DNA of 64,000 bases from Mustelus asterias (Eukaryota): NCBI RefSeq assembly GCF_964213995.1, contig NC_135828.1:30566001-30630000 (forward strand), in the 5' to 3' direction. The notes below the pieces were generated by a model. That model was not told the origin of the DNA. It did no database searches and saw only the letters and a list, made by a program, of their open reading frames with translations. Both the position numbers and the translations under genes were made by a program. Positions 1 through 13,505 of this stretch are shown here, one piece after another (the first letter of the stretch is position 1; each line of letters begins with the position of its first letter).

Positions 1-110
1 ATGCAATTGACTTAGGCCATGAAGAAATCTGGTATCAAAATATTGCATCAGTAATTGTGTCATGAAACATGTAAAATTGCCATTAAAAGTGGACATCCGT
101 TTCAAGAAGA

Positions 111-1150
111 AAGATGTGCACGTGAGGTGGATTGGCCATGCTAAATTGCCCCATAGTGTCTGGGGGATTAAAGTGGCAGAACATAGAACAGTACAGCACA
201 GAACAGGCCCTTCGGCCCACATTGTTGTGCCGAGCTTTGTCTGAAACCCAGATCAAGCTATTTCCTCCCTATCATCTCGAAGTACTCCATGTGCCTATCC
301 AATAGCTTCTTAAATGTTCCTAAAGTTTCTGACTCCACTATCACTGCAGGCAGTCAATTCCACACCCCAAACACTCTCTGAGTAAAAAACCTACCTCGGA
401 CATCCTTCCTATATCTCCCACCATGAACCCTATAGTTATGCGCCCTAGTTACCACTCCATTCACCCGAGGAAATAGTCTTTGAACATTCACTCTATCTAT
501 TCCCCTCATCATCTTATAAACCTCTATCAAGTCACCTCTCAACCTCCTCCGATCCAAAGAGAAAAGCTCAAGTTCCCTCAACCTTTCCACATAAGACCTA
601 CCCTCCAAACCAGGCAGCATCCTGGTAAATCTCCTTTGCACCCTTTCCAGTGTCTCCACATCCTTCTTATAGTGAGGTGACCAGAACTGCACACAATATT
701 CCAAATGTGGTCTCACCAAGGTCCTGTACAGTTGCAGCATAACCCCACGGCTCTTAAACTCAAAGCACCTGTTAATGAACGCCAACACACTATAGGCCTT
801 CTTCACGGCTCTATCCACTTGAGTGGCAACCTTCAGAGATCTGTGGATATGAACCCCAAGATCTCTCTGTTCCTCCACATTCTTCAGAACACTACCTTTG
901 ACCCTGTAATCCACATTTAAATTTGTCCTACCAAAATGAATCACCTCGCATTTGTCAGGGTTAAACTCCATTTGCCATTTTTCAGCCCAGCTCTGTATCC
1001 TATCTATATCTCTTGGCAGCCTACAACAGCCATCCACCTCATCCACAATAAATGCATGTGGTTGCGGGGATAGGGCCTGGGTGGAATTGTTGTCATTGCA
1101 GGGTCAATGGACCGAGTAAACTACTTCTGCATTGCAGGTATTCTATTCTA
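111..1150 (+). mobile_element. HE1-like SINE 3' portion, split by a CR1 insertion (SINE parts ~111-178 and ~1049-1150)
   Basis: aagatgtgcacgtgaggtggattggccatgctaaattgcccc... resumes as ...ggggatagggcctgggtgg...ttctattcta after the CR1; matches other SINE copies in the window. Confidence 0.75.
179..1048 (-). mobile_element. 5'-truncated CR1 LINE (RT C-terminus plus 3' UTR)
   Basis: ORF 354..1046 has W.MEFNPDKC, RDLGV, LYRTLVRPHLEYCVQFW motifs; (ttctatg)n-type tail; closely similar copy at 62709-63267. Confidence 0.95.
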
Positions 1151-1639
1151 GTCTAAAGATAGATGCTTACCTGGTCTGTGGCATATTTGACACCAGGCCC
1201 TCGCCCAGGCGTTGACTACTAATTGACCTCTGAAATAACCTAGCAAGCCATTCAGTTGTACCACCAAGGCATGCTCTAGGACAACTTGACATGGACAACA
1301 TCCTTTCTGGACACGCCGACATTACAGAATACCAAAAGCAAAAGCAAACAACAGGATACATTTCTGTGATAAATACAAAATGAAACCCAACTGCCTTTGA
1401 CTAAGAATTTGTCTGAGTCCCTAATCATATTTGGAAATGCATTGTGTATTTCTATTCTGCCAGCAAGATGGATGGTTTCAGGCTTCATCATGGTATGTTA
1501 AGTCTTGCCAAAGGTTTTGGTTGGTCCAATTAATTTGCCTTCGCTCTAGGTCCCTCTCAGGTCAATATTCCCCACTTTGCTTTTCATCACCAAGAAAAGT
1601 GAGCCCACCATATTAGGTCTGCATTTTATTTATTTATTT

Positions 1640-4600
1640 TTCAGTTAAATTTGGCTTAATAATCGGAGGTTTTTTTTCAAAACAGGAAGTAGGCCCAGGA
1701 GCAGCCTGGGGAGGTTTTTTGGAGGGTTTAAATGCAGGCCGCACTTTTGAGCGGGCAGCGTCTGGAGCGGGCAGTGGAGTGAGCAGGGAGCAGAGTGTGA
1801 GCTGTAAGGGCTTTGGCTCACAGGGCTTAGGCGAAGGCGAGGAAGGTTGTTTGTTTTTCTTCTGTTACACCCCCTTTTTTGTTTTATCTCCCAAAAACTA
1901 AACAGGACATGGCTGGTATGAGGGGGAGGCCAGTATACTGCATTCGGTGTGGGATGTGGGAGTTCCTGCAGACAACTTGCCTCCCGGAAGTCCATATCTG
2001 TGCCAGATGCGTGGAACTGCAACTCCTGAAGGAACGTGTAAAGGAGCTGGAGCTGAGGCTCGATGAACTCAGTTTAGTTAGGGAAAATGAGAGATTAATA
2101 GATAAAAGTTATATTCAGGGTCTCGGAAGGAAGACACGTGGGTGACAGTTAGGAGGGGTAATAGTCGGAAGGTGATGTGCCAGAAAGTACACCAGTGGCA
2201 GTCTCCCATAAAAGAAAGGGATGGGCAACAGATGGGAGAAGGGAAGGGAGTGAGCAGTCTGTGGTGGGATCCCCTGTGGTTGTCCCCCTCCAAAATAGGT
2301 ATATTGTTTTGGATTCTGTGGAGGGGGATGACCCTTCAGGGGTAAGCCACGAGGACAAGATCGCTTCCACGGAGACAGGCTCAGGGGTCCGGAAGGGAAA
2401 GAAGGGGTTTAGGAGAGCGATAGTTGTGGGGGACACAATGGTTAGAGGCACGGACAGGCGGTTCTGTGGGAGTGAACAAGAATCCAGGATGGCAGTCTGC
2501 CTCCCTGGTGCCGGGGTACTGGTTGTCTCCGAGAGGGTAGGAAGCATATTTAAAAAGGAAGGTAGTCAAACGGATGTGATTATACACATTGGTGAAAATG
2601 ATGTAGGTAGGAAGAGCAGGGGGGGTCATACGAGAGAAATTCAGGGAGTTGGGTGCTAGGCTAAAAAGTAAGGCCTCCAGGGTAGCAATCTCTGGACTGC
2701 TCCCGGTGTGTAGTCCAAGTGAGGCTCGGAACAGGGTGATTCTACAGTTGAACGCGTGGCTAAAGGACTGGTGCAAGAGGGAGGGTTTAAAATTCATAGA
2801 TAACTAGGAAATCTTCAAGTCAGGATGGCAACTGTACAGAAAGGATGGGTTACACCTTAACTGGAAGGGGGCAAATATCCTGGCTGGGAGTTTTGCTAGA
2901 TTGTTTCGGCAGGATTTAAACTAGTGTGGCAGGGGGGTGGGGAACAAAACAGTAGGTCAGTAAATACTGAGGCTGGGGTTGAGCTGGGGGCCAGGGCAAG
3001 GCTAGCTAAGAAGAGGAGCACTCTGGAGGAGGATGACCTGAGTGGGCCTGGAGGTCTGGAGTGCATCTGCTTCAATGCGAGGAGCGTAACGGGTAAAACA
3101 GACGAACTTAGGGCCTTAATGCTTATGCGGAATTTGGATATGATTGCGGTGACGGAAACTTGGTTAAACGAAGGACAGGACTGGCAGCTGAATATTCCGG
3201 GGTATAAGTGTTTTAGGCGAGACAGAGGAGGGGCTAAAAAAGATGGGGGAGTAGCGATATTAGTTAAGGAGCATATTACCGCGGTGCAGAGGGTAGACAA
3301 CTTAGAGGGGTCATATACTGAGTCGCTGTGGGTGGAACTCAGAAACAGGAAGGGTGCAGTCACTATGCTGGGGGTGTACTACAGACCACCCAACAACCCA
3401 CGGGAAGTGGAGGAAAGGATATGTCAGGAGATTCTGGATAGGTGCAGAAAAAATAGGGTTGTTGTAGTGGGGGACTTTAATTTCCCTGGCACAGACTGGA
3501 AAGTGCTTAGAGCTGGGGGTCCGGACCGGGAGGAATTTGTAAAATGCGTACTGGAAGGTTCTTTGGAACAGTATTAGATAGCCCGACTAGAGAGGGGGCT
3601 ATACTGGACCTAGTTCTGGGAAATGAGCCCGGTCAGGTCGTCAAAGTTTCGGTAGGGGAACATGTGGCAAATAGTCACCACAACTCTGTTAACTTTAGAA
3701 TAGTAATGGACAAGGATGAGTGCTGTCCTACGGGCAGGGTGCTAAATTGGGTGAAGGCTAACTATAGCCGGATGAGGCAGGAATTGGTGGATGTTGATTG
3801 GGAGAGGATGTTCGAGGGTAACTCCGCGTCTAGCATGTGGGAGTCTTTTAAGGAACTATTGATAAGGCTGCAGGATAGGCATGTGCCTGTAGAAAGGAAA
3901 GATAGGAAAGGTAGGATTCGAGAGCCGTAGATAACCAGGGAAATTGAGGATCTGATTAAAATGAAAAGGGAGGCGTACGTTAAGTCCAGGCTACAGAAAA
4001 CAGATGGAGCTCTGGAGGAATACAGAGAGAGTAGGAAAGAACTCAAACGGGGAGTTAGGAGGGCAACAAGAGGTCACGAGATGTTCTTGGCAGGCAGGAT
4101 TAAGGAGAATCCTAAGGCATTCTATTCATACGTTAGGAACAAAAGAGTTGTCAGGGAGAAAATCGGACCTCTCAGGGACAAACGAGGGGAATTATGCTTA
4201 GAGCTCAAGGGAATAGGGGAGATCCTAAATGAATACATTGCATCGGTATTCACGAAGGAGAGGGGCGTGTTAACCGGGAGTGTCTCGGAGGGAGGTGTTG
4301 ACCCGTTAGAGGAAATCTCTATTACAAGAGAGGAAGTGTTAGGTTTTTTAGGGAACAGTAAAACTGACAAAGCCCCAGGGCCTGATGGCATCTATCCTCG
4401 ACTGCTCAGGGAGACGAGAGATGAAATTGCTGGGCCTCTGACGGAAATCTTTGTCGCTTCTTTGGACACGGGTAAGGTCCCTGAGGATTGGAGGATAGCA
4501 AATGTGGTCCCGTTGTTTAAAAAGGGTAGTAGGGATCAACCAGGAAATTATAGGCCGGTGAGCTAGACGTCCGTGGTAGGGAAGTTGTTGGAAGGGAATC

Positions 4601-5925
4601 TTAGAGACAGGGTGTATGTGCATTTAGAACGGAACAATCTCATTAGTGACAGACAGCATGGTTTTGTAAGAGGGAGGTCGTGCCTTACAAATTTGGTGGA
4701 GTTCTTTGAGGAAGTGACAAAAACGGTTGATGAAGGAAGGGCCGTGGATGTCGTCTATATGGATTTCAGTAAGGCATTTGACAAGGTCCCACATGGCAGG
4801 TTAGTTAAGAAGGTTAAGGCTCATGGGATACAAGGAGAAGTGGCTAGATGGGTAGAGAACTGGCTTGGCCACAGGAGACAGAGGGTAGTGGTCGAAGGGT
4901 CTTTTTCTGGCTGGAGGTCTATGACTAGTGGTTTTCCGCAGGGCTCTGTACTGGGACCTCTGCTATTTGTGATATATATAAATGATTTGGACGAAGGTGT
5001 AACTGGTGTAATCAGCGAGTTTGCGGATGACATGAAGATGGCTGGACTTGCGGATAGTGAAGAGCATTGTCGGGCAATACAGCAGGATATAGATAGGCTG
5101 GAAAATTGGGCGGAGAGGTGGCAGATGGAGTTTAATCCGGATAAATGTGAAGTGATGCATTTTGGAAGAAATAATGTTGGGAGGAGTTATGCAATAAATG
5201 GCAGAGTCATCAGGAGTATAGAAACACAGAGGGACCTCGGTGTGCAAGTCCACAAATCCTTGAAGGTGGCAACACAGGTGGAGAGGGTGGTGAAGAAGGC
5301 ATATGGTATGCGTGCCCTTATAGGATGGGGTATAGAGTATAAAAGCTGGAGTCTGATGATGCAGCTGTATAGAACGCTGGTTAGGCCACATTTGGAGTAC
5401 TGCATCCAGTTCTGGTCGCCGCACTACCAGAAGGACGTGGAGGCGTTAGAGAGAGTGCAGAGAAGGTTTACCAGGATGTTGCCTGGTATGGAGAGTCTTA
5501 GCTATGAGGAGAGATTGGGTAAACTGGGGTTGTTCTCCCTGGAAAGACGGAGAATTAGGGGAGATCTAAAAGAGGTGTCCAAGATTATGAAGGGGATAGA
5601 TAGGGTGAACGGTGGGAAGCTTTTTCCCAGATCAGAAGTGACGTTCACGAGGGGTCACGGGCTCAAGGTGAGAGGGGCGAAGTATAACTCAGATATTAGA
5701 GGGATGTTTTTTACACAGAGGGTGGTGGGGGCCTGGAATGCGCTGCCAAGTAGGGTGGTGGAGGCAGGCACGCTGACATCGTTTAAGACTTACCTGGATA
5801 GTCACATGAGCAGCCTGGGAATGGAGGGATACAAACGATTGGTCTAGTTGGACCAAGGGGCGGCACAGGCTTGGAGGGCCGAAGGGCCTGTTTCCTGTGC
5901 TGTACTGTTCTTTGTTCTTTTGTTT
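1640..5925 (+). mobile_element. Near full-length CR1 LINE: ORF1 (Zn finger, coiled coil, SGNH esterase) and ORF2 (APE endonuclease plus RT), disabled
   Basis: ORF1 from ATG 1909: CIRC...CARC, LxxRVxELE, IVVGDT, IHIGENDV, DGLHLN. ORF2: CFNARS, AVTETWL, VVGDFN, APGPDG, MDFSKAFD, PQGSVLGP, FADD. Stops at ~3575, ~3928, ~4564; (tgttctt)n tail. Confidence 0.96.
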
Positions 5926-8900
5926 GTCTCTTTATGTAAGTCACAAGCATCACTTGTAATTAACTGAAACCTAAAGAATTGAGGCTTTAGCCTGCGAGTT
6001 ACAAGCTTCCAACCCAGGAGAATTGCTCATTTCTAATCTCTGTATTGACACTACTGCAGTCATTTGCTCCAAATGAATACATTTACATCGTGCTTTTTCT
6101 GCACTGAGGCGAAATACACATTTATTTCCTTTGAACTTTTAATGACTATTCATTTCAGACAAGCCAGTCATGACCAGGAATTTGCATGTTTTATGACTTG
6201 CCATGCTTGTTGCACAACCTCATGATTTTATCAGTTCATTAATGACAATGAGTTGGAGAAAGTAATGGGAAAACTTGAATTGATTCATGAAAAAAAAAGA
6301 AGATTTCAGAAATGCCCCTTCCCCCCGCAAGATTATCCTCCCTCAAACAGCCGCACAAGCAAAACAAATGTCGAAGCAATTGAGGTCAAGTAATTGTGAA
6401 TAGACACAATATCATATAAATAATTCGGTGAGTCAAAATGAATTGCTGAGGCCTCGAAGAGTGCACAAGAGGAAATAAATTGCTTCAGTTCTGTCCAGGG
6501 CATGAGGATCTTGGTTTATTCTTCCTGCAACAAAATAGGTTCAGGAGAGATTGGATAGAAAGGTACAAATCGTGAAGGGCTTTGCTGACACTAAGTTTGT
6601 TAACCCAATCCAGTGTCAAAAGCATCGGCAAGCCCAGATTGCTGATTGTTAAAAGAAACAGTGGATCATTTTATGGACCATTATTTCCAGTGATTCTTTG
6701 GGGTCACGGTTGCACTGCCTTTGAGGGTGATGGAATCAGATCTCTCATATCTTTCAATAGTGATTTGTAAAAATGTTTGCCGGTGTGACAGTAGGGCCGT
6801 CTATGAGGAGTCGGGAAATGGGAGCGATTGGGTTGGTTTTTCACAGTTCCTGTGTCTGCAAGATAGACATAAATACTTTTCCCCGTGCTGTATCATTCTA
6901 TGATTCTGCGCTGACACTAACAAGATTTTTTAAATATACGTTGCTTTAGACCTCGTACAGCAAGAGGTTCGACTGAATAGCACATAAAAGAAGGAATTAA
7001 AGAACCGACAAACAGTGCAACATATGGGAAAGGATGAAAACCATGGGAGCGATTTTTGCCATGATAACTTCCACCAGTGAAAGATAAGCAGATAGCTCTT
7101 ACGTTCCACCGACACCACAGGGAACAGCAGAAAAAGTGTTTACACTCTAATGTGTTTTTCCAGGTTGATTGCACCATTTCATTTAAGTCACAATTCTTTA
7201 TGTTCTTGATTAAATCGGTTAAACTCTCAGGATTGTGCAACGATTCTTTGGCTATTTCATTGATTCCCAATTTGTTGTCATGGTTCTTTGAATATTTTAA
7301 TATAATCATACAACCTTGTAGGTTTTATGACTAATTAGACCATGGTTTTATAACCCGTTAGGTCATGATATTGCCAACTGTTAAGTACAATTAATATATG
7401 GCAAAAAATAACAACAGCTTGTATTTTGTGCTTTTAGCTTATTTTCTGAATCTCTTACTATAGATTTCTTTCTAAATTATGTGCATATTATTAAAACGTA
7501 GGGAGATAGAATGAATTTATTGTTGCTTAGTTCACCAATAACCTTGTATCCTCTCGTCTCCAGTAAAGCAATAATGTTATTGCTCGGTTCAGATTCCTCT
7601 TCATAATTTGTAGAAGAAATCTCGATCAGAATGGTCCATTGTTTGTCATAGAGTTTCAAATGGGTTGAATAACATCAGGCCGTTTGGCTGTTGTAGCATC
7701 GTTTCTTTCCTCATTGCTTAAGAAATAAAGATACTATTTTTGCAAAGAGAACTGTTTCTTTGGTAACGTTATTTCAATGTCTTCCTGGGTCCCGAGCACA
7801 GAATTCTGAGCAGTAACAAAATATTCAAATAGATGTTTGATAGGTGTTTCTTGGGGAAAAGAACAAAAATGTATTGAGCAAAGGAGGGAAGATTTCCTTT
7901 AGTTGCAGCACAGCAATTATTTGAACGCCAAATGCAGGATCCAGGGATGCATTCTACATTAATTTTAATCTCTTGGAGCTGAATGAAATCACTCGGTTCC
8001 ATGCAGTAGGTCTCCATGAGCTGGACAGTTTCCTATTGCTCTGGGAGCAGTTCATAATGAAGGGGTCTTTGAGTGCAATGGGTCAAACATCTACTGCTAT
8101 GTTCGAATCCCATTCCAGAATACGATGGCCAAGTAAGGTGTATTTCTAACCAGGTCCAACATGCTTGATCATTAACCTACAAATCATTTGTGTACACCTA
8201 TGGCAGGGGGTAAAAATCTGACGGCCATACTTGTTAAAAGGCTGCACCCCACAAACTCTTACTTCAGATCTGTTACAGGAAAAAATGAAAGCGGCAGAAA
8301 AAGATTTTAGCATGTGCTTCACAGGATGCATAAAGGCTTCTGAGCTTCCTGGAGTTGAATGATCTTCAGTATTTATATCACAAACGTTGCCCTACATGTT
8401 TGTGTGTGCCATATATTGGGCTAATACGTCTGGGAATGAATAACATTGTACTTTATCAGTGGAAATCAACGTCGCTGGAGAGGGCAGAATGTATTGTCCA
8501 TTTCAATTCCCCTAGAAATGTACAGAACGGCCACCGTATGTGATGCAGCAAAGCAGCTTAGCAGAACATCTCAGAGAGGACTTAATGTTGAAGAGCATTG
8601 TACGGTTCTGCAATCTCAAAGAGCTGGACGGATAAATGACGGGCATTTCACTTCCCTAAAATAAACGAGGAAACTGGATTTATTTACTAGATTTATGGCC
8701 ATTATTTATTGTGTTAATTTTTGAGTCCAAGTTTTCTTTTAATTTATTGATTTTAAATTATAATTTTGTTATGATGGGAGGATGTGGGCATAAATTACTC
8801 GGCCAGCATATATTGTGCTTGATTAAGTGCAATCCATAAGGTGGTAGTGAGGTTTTTCTGGAATCTTTGCAGTCCACTTAGTGTAGGTATACTGTTGAGA

Positions 8901-11338
8901 AGGGAGTTCCAGGTATTTGACACAGTGACAGGAAGTAACCCATCCATGTCAGGATGGTATGTGGCTTGATGCGGAATATGAATGTGATGAAATGTCCATG
9001 CGTCTGCTTTCCTAGGTGGCTGGGTGCACAGATATGGAAGATGCTATGGAAGGAGAATTGGTACGTTAATGCAGTGTATTTTGTCAGTGGGCTCTCACTC
9101 TACGTCAGTGGTGAAGGGAGTGAATAGTTAAGAATGTGATGGGGTGCCAATCAAATGGGTGGCAGAGGCTTGGAGGGTTTTTAGCATCTTGAGCCTTGTT
9201 GGGGCTTCACTCAGCCAGCAAAGTAGAGACTGTTCCACTGCACTACTGACTCATTCCCTGTAGAATGTAAACTTTATTTTCGGTATTGGAGAGGCGAATT
9301 GTAATGCGCATTGCAAAATCGTCAGTCTGTCCTTGATGATGAAGCGGAGGTCATTTATGGAACTGCTGAAGGTATTTGTGCCTCGACACAACTCTGAGAA
9401 ACTTCTGCAACGATCTAATGTGACTGAGGCCCTGGCATCAAACATCGACGATCATCTAAGTTTCAGATGTGCATGACTCCAACTAAAGGCGTGTTTCCCT
9501 TAATTCCCATTCATTCTGGTTTTCCTGGCGTTGCTTAATGCCGAGATATCAAGTGAGCAATTTTCACCTCAACTCTTGAGATCAGCTGATTTATTTCCCA
9601 CGTTTGGACCAAGCTACATTGTGGTCAGGAGCTGAGTGGACATTATATAATCCAAGCTGAGTTTTCCTGAGCAGTTTACTGCTGGCCATGTGCCATGTGA
9701 CATTGTTGCTTTTGACAACTTCTATCACTTTGCTAATGACAGTGAGAGGATGTATGGTATGGCTTTGTGTCTAATGTAATTAGTCTTGCATTCTGTGGAC
9801 CAGTCATAACTGTCCAATTCACAACATTGCCAGTTAGATGCTCCTATTGGAGATAAACAAGAACAACTTGCCCAGGGGAGTAATGAGTTCTGGAGCACAA
9901 CTTTGCAAAAATATTGTCAAAGTCCATAGTGTTTTACAGTATTGAGTGTCTTCAGCTGTTTCTCGATATTATGTGGACTGAATCGACATACCTGGCATCT
10001 GTGACCCTCCAACTCGTTCAGGAGGAGGCCAAGATGGGTCATCCAATTCGCATCTCCCCATTGATGAAGTACTCCCCCCTTTTCTTTTGCACTCGGGTGC
10101 TCGTACCTTCAACATCGTTGATACAGATGTTTGTGGAGCGTCTTCCCTTTAACCATAGAAACATAGAAAATTACAGCTCAGAAACAGGCCTTTTTGCCCT
10201 TCTTGTCTGTGCCAAACCACTTTATGCCTAGTCCCACTGACCTGCACTTGGAGCACATCCCTCCACACCCCTCTCATCCATGAAACCATCCAAGTTTTTC
10301 TTAAATGTTAAAAGTTGTTTACCACTTTATCCGGCATTATCCGGCAATTACCACTTTATCCGACAGCTCATTCCACAGTCCCACCACTCTCTGCGTGAAG
10401 AAGCCCCCCCTAATATTCCCTTTAAACTTTTCTCCTTTCACCCTTAACCCATGCCCTCTGGTTTTTTTCTCCCCTAGCCTCAGTGGAAAAAGCCTGCTTG
10501 TATTCACTCTATCTATACCCATCAAAATCTTATACACCTCTATCAAATCTCCCCTCAATCTTCTACGCTCCAGGGAATAAAGTCCCAACCTATTCAATCT
10601 CCCTCTGTAACTCAGCTTCTCAAGTCCCGGCAACATCCTTGTGAACTTTCTCTGCACTCTTTCAATCTTATTTACATCCTTCCTGTAACTAGGTGACCAA
10701 AACTGTACACAATACTCCAAATTCGGCCTCACCAATGCCTTATATAACCTTACCATAACACTCCAACTTTTATACTCGATACTCCGATTTACAAAGGCCA
10801 ATGTACCAAAGGCAGTCTTTACGACCCTATCCACCTGTGACGTCACTTTTAGGGAATTCTGTACCTGTATTCGCAGATCCCTCTGTTCAACTGCACTCTT
10901 CAGAGTCCTACCACTTACCCTGTACGTTCTTCTTTGGTTTGTCCTTCCAAAGTGCAATATCTCACACTTGTCTGCGTTAAATTCCATTTGCCATTTTTCA
11001 GCCCATTTTTCTAGTTGGTCCAAATCCCTCTGCAAGCTTTGAAAACCTTCCTCACTGTCCACTACACCTCCAATCTTTGTATCATCAGCAAACTTGCTGA
11101 TGCAATTTACCACATTATCATCCAGATCATTGATATAGATGACAAACAACAATGGACCCAACACCGATCCCTGCGGCACACCACTAGTCACAGGCCTCCA
11201 CTCAGAGAAGCAATCCTCCACAACCACTCTCTGGCTTCTTCCATTGATGTGGAGATGCCGGCGTTGGACTGGGGTAAGCACAGTAAGAAGTCTCACAACA
11301 CCAGGTTAAAGTCCAACAGGATTATTTGGTAGCAAATA

Positions 11339-11375
11339 CCATAAGCTTTCGGAGCACAGCTCCTTCTTCAGATGG
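11339..11375 (-). ncRNA. Minimal type I hammerhead-ribozyme-like motif (left arm, copy 1)
   Basis: Reverse strand reads ccat-CUGAAGA-A-GGAGC-ugu-GCUCC-GAAA-GC-UU-augg: core boxes, stem II and stem I. Confidence 0.7.
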
Positions 11376-11436
11376 AGTGGATATCTGTTCTCAAACAGTG
11401 CAAACAGTTTGCACTGTTTGAGAACAGATATCCACT

Positions 11437-11473
11437 CCAGCTGACGAAGGAGCTGTGCTCCGAAAGCTTATGG
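11437..11473 (+). ncRNA. Minimal hammerhead-ribozyme-like motif (right arm, copy 1; one stem I mismatch)
   Basis: ccag-CUGACGA-A-GGAGC-ugu-GCUCC-GAAA-GC-UU-augg. Confidence 0.6.
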
Positions 11474-13284
11474 TATTTGCTACCAAATAAACCTGTTGGA
11501 CTTTAACCTGGTGTTGTGAGACTTCTTACTGTTCTTCCATTGAGCCAGTGTCTAATCCAAGTTACTACCTCCCCATGTATACCTAGCGACTGAACCTTCC
11601 TAACTAACCTCCCATGAGGGACCTTGTCAAAGGCCTTGCTGAAATCCAGGTAGACAACATCCACCGCCTTCCCTTCATCCACTTTCCTGGTAACCTCCTC
11701 GAAAAACTCTAATAGATTGGTCAAACATGACCGACCACGCACAAAGTCATGTTGACTCTCCCTAATAAGTCCCTGTCTATCCAAATATTTGTAGATCCTA
11801 TCCCTTATCACACCTTCCAAACACTTGCCCACCACTGACGTCAAGCTTACTGGCCGATAATTTCCCGGATTTCTTTTGGAACCTTTTTTAAACAACGGAA
11901 CAACATGAGCCACCCTCCAATCATCCGGCACCTCCCCCGTGAATACTGACATTTTAAATATGTCTGCCAGAGTCCCTGCAAGTTCAACACTAGCTTCCCT
12001 CAAGGTCCGTGGGAATACCCTATCCGGTCCTGAGGATGTATCCACTCTGATTTGCCTCAAGACAGCGAGCACCTCCTCCCCTTTAATCTGTAAAGGTTCC
12101 ATGGCCTCCCTACCAGTTTGCCCTATTTCCGTAGACTCCATGCCCGTTTCCTCAGTAAATACGGATGCAAAAAAACCATTTAGTATCTCCCCCATCTCTT
12201 TTGGTTCCATACACAGTGTACCACTCTGGTCTTCAAGAGGACCAATTTTATCCCTCACTATCCTTTTGCTCCTAACAGACCTATAGAAGCTCTTTGGATT
12301 TTCCTTCTCTCTGTCTGCCAAAGCAACCTCATGTCTTCTTTTAGCCCTCCTGATTTCCCTCTTAAGTAGCTTCTTGCACTTTTTATACTCCTCGAGCATC
12401 TGATGTGTTCCTTGCTGCCTGTACATTTCATACAACTCTCTCTTCCTCTTAATCAGCGTTACAATCTCCCTCGAGAACCAAGGTTCCTTATTCCTATTTA
12501 CTTTGCCTTTAATCCTGACAGGAACATACAAACTCTGCACTCTCAAAATTTCTCCTTTGAAGGCCTCGTGGTTTCCATTTACATCCTTACCAGAGAACAG
12601 CCTGTGCCAATCCACACTTCCCAGATCCCTTCTCATTTCATCAAATTTGGGCTTTTTCCAGTTCAGAACTTCAACCCGAGGACCAGATCTATCCTTACCC
12701 ACGATCAGGTTGAAACTAATGGCATTATGATCACTGGATCCAAAGTGTTCCCTCACACTCACATCCATCACCTGCCCTAACTAATTTCCCAATAGGAGAT
12801 CCAATATCGCATACTCTCTAGTTGGCACCTCTATATACTGATGTAGAAAATTCTCCTGAACACATTTTACAAACTCTACCCCGTCTAAACCTTTAACAGT
12901 ATGCGAGTCCCAATCTATATGTGGAAAATTAAAATCCCCTACTATCACAACTTTGTGTTTCTTGCAGTTGTCAGCTATCTCTCCGCTGATTTGCTCCTCC
13001 AATTCTCGCTGACTATTGGGTGGTCTATAATACAAGCCCATTAATGTGGTCATACCTTTCCTGTTATCTTTTTTAACGGTCTAGTATCATTCATGATTGT
13101 ATGTGCCTGGATTGCCGAGTTTAATTTTATTCTGCTGACTTTGGTATCACTTTCGCCATCCATTGCGTGCTGCCACCGCTATTTCACATTGAAGTAGTCC
13201 AATGTTTCAGCTTCATCAGGTTGACACCTAAATTTGGTTTGCCTGATGCTCCTGTTCTGCACCGTTCTTTGAGCAATGGTTCAT

Positions 13285-13505
13285 TGAAGCATAGAATCCC
13301 TAGTGTAGGAGACTCTTCTGCCCATCGACCTTACCGAACTAACACGCACATCCTTGGAGTGTGGGGGTAAACCGGAACACCCAGAGGGATCCCACACAGA
13401 AAAGGGGAGAACGTGCAAACTCCACAGATTTACCCAAGGGAGGAATTGAACCCGTCCGCTGGCACAGTAAGGTAGCAGTGCTAACCAGTGTGTCACCGTG
13501 CCACC
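13285..13505 (-). mobile_element. tRNA-derived HE1-like SINE
   Basis: Reverse strand: ggcacggtgacacactggttagcactgct...gggttcaattcc (A/B boxes), then ctgtggagtttgcacgttctccc. Confidence 0.85.

Larger units (their letters stand above)
11245..11531. mobile_element. Non-autonomous palindromic Penelope-like element, copy 1
   Basis: Inverted arms 11281-11405 and 11407-11531; TSD ttcttccattga at 11236-11247 and 11532-11543; arm sequence matches the 3' end of the GIY-YIG element at 51642-51726. Confidence 0.9.
10154..13065 (-). mobile_element. 5'-truncated CR1 LINE (part of endonuclease plus RT) interrupted by a Penelope-derived palindrome
   Basis: ORFs 12781..13053 (YYRPP, GDFNFP), 11503..12771 and 10337..11296 (PQGSVLGP, FADD); catagaaacatagaaa tail. 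Confidence 0.95.

Noticed and set aside
10337-11296. Repeated ORF starts MRLLTVL (also 28343..28594, 28822..29334) suggesting a novel leader peptide
   Set aside because: They come from a non-ATG start inside the Penelope palindrome arm fused to CR1 RT
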